A DNA stretch of 64,000 bases from Laetmonice hystrix (lineage: Eukaryota), in assembly GCA_965235115.1 (NCBI GenBank), contig OZ249436.1, forward strand, positions 43,712,001 through 43,776,000, written 5' to 3'. The translations under genes and the position numbers were made by a program. Every line of letters begins with the position of its first letter. Within the stretch, counting starts at the first letter, position 1. Positions 63,345 through 64,000 of this stretch are shown here, in pieces. Below the pieces are notes generated by a model that saw only the letters and a program-made list of their open reading frames with translations, made no database searches and was not told where the DNA came from.

Positions 63345-64000
63345 TCGGCCCGCCATAATCAGGTGTGGTTGCCGTCATAGGCAGGAGCATAATGGCTGGC
63401 CGTCTTAGCAGGTAGGTTGGCCACCATAAGCAAGAGGGTTGGCCGCCATAAGCAGGTGGGTTGGCGACTATAAGCAGGTGGGTTGGCGACTATAAGCAGG
63501 AGGCCTGGCCGGCAGTAGTAGGGGGGCTGGCCGTCATAGACAGGAGGGCTGGCCTGCAGTAGTAGGAGGGCTGGCCGTCAGAGACAGGAGGGCTGGCCGT
63601 TAGAGACAGGAGGGCTGGCCGTCAGAGACAGGAGGGCTGGCCGTCAGAGGCAGGAGGGCTGGCCGGCAGAGACAGGAGGGCTGGCCGTCAGAGGCAGGAG
63701 GGCTGGCCGTCAGAGGCAGGAGGGCTGGCCGGCAGAGACAGGAGGGCTGGCCGTCAGAGGCAGGAGGGCTGGCCGTCAGAGGCAGGAGGGCTGGCCGGCA
63801 GTAGGAGGGCTGGGCGTCAGAGACAGGAGGGCTGGCCGTCATAGACAGGAGGGCTGGGCGTCAGAGACAGGAGGGCTGGCCGTCAGAGGCAGGAGGGCTG
63901 GCCGTCAGAGGCAGGAGGGCTGGCCGGCAGTAGGAGGGCTGGGCGTCAGAGACAGGAGGGCTGGCCGTCACCCGTCAGAAGTAGGAGGGCTGGCCGTCAC
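63345..64000. repeat. Degenerate about 22-bp tandem repeat running off the window
   Basis: aggagggctggccgtcagaggc units. Confidence 0.92.

Overview
Eukaryotic (invertebrate bilaterian-like) genomic DNA, with no prokaryotic features. The window holds the middle of one large + strand intron-rich gene. Ten GT-AG exons (21176-54566) splice in frame into a PDZD2/pro-IL-16 (big bang-like) multi-PDZ scaffold protein with three complete PDZ domains; its 5' and 3' ends were not securely found. Roughly 40% of the window (hand estimate) is about 30 mutually unrelated tandem minisatellite arrays, which explain nearly all long ORFs in the track. The introns also carry short non-autonomous DNA transposons (hAT-like with 5-bp or 8-bp TSDs; Harbinger-, Academ- and P-like) and two tRNA-type SINE relics. 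The most unusual signal is that several arrays are amplifications of the gene's own splice junctions. The two exons of the first PDZ domain are preceded by about 28 and 13 near-identical decoy 3' splice sites that include the first exon bases. Two further arrays may be amplified exon/donor junctions.
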